Positions 35,966 to 36,695 of a stretch of 36,695 nt of DNA are shown here, piece by piece. Source of the stretch: Intoshia linei (Eukaryota; Animalia; Orthonectida); contig LWCA01000250.1 in NCBI GenBank assembly GCA_001642005.1, forward strand, positions 1-36,695, in the 5' to 3' direction. Within the stretch, counting starts at the first letter, position 1. Each line of letters begins with the position of its first letter. The notes under the pieces were generated by a model. That model saw only the letters and a program-made list of their open reading frames with translations. It was not told the origin of the DNA and made no database searches. Both the position numbers and the translations under genes were made by a program.

Positions 35966-36604
35966 ATGTCAAAGATTTTCATTCTAACCATCAGTATTTT
36001 ATTGTGTTACTTTAACACCGTCCGGATGGATCATGCCAATATTATTCAATATGCTGTTAAAATTTTTGACAATTTTTCGTGGTTTGATGATGATTTAGTT
36101 ATAATTAAATTTATTGGTTTTGGAGCCTATATTATATCGGAATTGTTGATAAAGTGTATGAATAGTATAATTTTGTTAAATTTAGTATATTTTAATAAAA
36201 TAACTACAATTCAATTATTTGACTTCGATACCTGGCAGATGCACCGTTATATTAAAATTCCAGTAATATTAGAGCATTATAGTCAAATGGAGGCTGTGAT
36301 ATTCAGTCTGCCACAATTTTCGATGGTTCTTATCAACTTATTGGATATTGTATTAGATGGGCATTTTGATTCGGAAACATTAAAGTATTCTGGAGTAATG
36401 ATAATATACAGTGTTATACATTCAAGACTTACCAATTACGTATTTTCAGAGTTTTGTATGGTTTCAAAGATGGTAATGAATATAGTTTGTCAATATATAT
36501 TCATTAATTACATTTATCAAATTGATCTCTCATTCACTGAAATTTTTAACTGGATTAACAAGTTCAATAATGAAATCAAACATCAAAGCACAAATTTTAT
36601 GTAA
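35966..36604 (+). CDS. Putative multi-pass membrane protein, possibly XK-related
   Basis: 212-codon open frame with several hydrophobic segments. MEAVIFSLPQFSMVL resembles the XK EAxxxSxPQL motif. The gene may continue by splicing near 36600. Confidence 0.5.
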   Translation: MSKIFILTISILLCYFNTVRMDHANIIQYAVKIFDNFSWFDDDLVIIKFIGFGAYIISELLIKCMNSIILLNLVYFNKITTIQLFDFDTWQMHRYIKIPVILEHYSQMEAVIFSLPQFSMVLINLLDIVLDGHFDSETLKYSGVMIIYSVIHSRLTNYVFSEFCMVSKMVMNIVCQYIFINYIYQIDLSFTEIFNWINKFNNEIKHQSTNFM

Positions 36605-36695
36605 CGTTTCTTATTTATATTTTAATAAATAAACATTATTCATTTTACCTTTTTTGGACATAGTTTCCAATTTAAATCAGGATAAATCTCGAGTC

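Noticed and set aside
1-36695. Prokaryotic systems (CRISPR, defence operons) or an alternative genetic code
   Set aside because: The fragmented ORFs are explained by GT..AG introns under the standard code, and no repeat-spacer arrays are present.

Overview
Very AT-rich eukaryotic (animal-like) genomic DNA. Its intron structure is bimodal: most introns are only about 32-45 nt, while a few kb-scale introns are filled with transposon debris. This resembles compact parasitic invertebrate genomes such as orthonectids (inference only). By splicing manually I can reconstruct six intron-containing genes: COX6A (+), a SOWAH-type ankyrin protein (-), a large uncharacterised TBC-like/C2-like protein (+), LRRC43 (+), V-ATPase subunit F (+) and a SKICH/coiled-coil TAX1BP1/CALCOCO-like gene (-). 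Also present are a single-ORF membrane protein, a lone 5S rRNA gene, a tRNA-like relic, decayed hAT and Merlin transposase fragments, a family of non-autonomous Helitrons and several MITEs. The most striking signal is in the SOWAH-like gene, where the ankyrin-loop codons appear to be carried by single-codon (3-nt) micro-exons. Two of these are consecutive, each is bounded by canonical GT..AG, and there is also a 12-nt exon and a possible zero-length (recursive) splice site. Other signals: convergent genes with predicted stops 10 and 27 bp apart and overlapping poly(A) signals, and two independent cases of a CAG(G/A)GCC-type hAT MITE inserted at or near the terminus of another hAT MITE. All gene models are predictions made by eye and family calls rest on remembered motifs; no searches were run.
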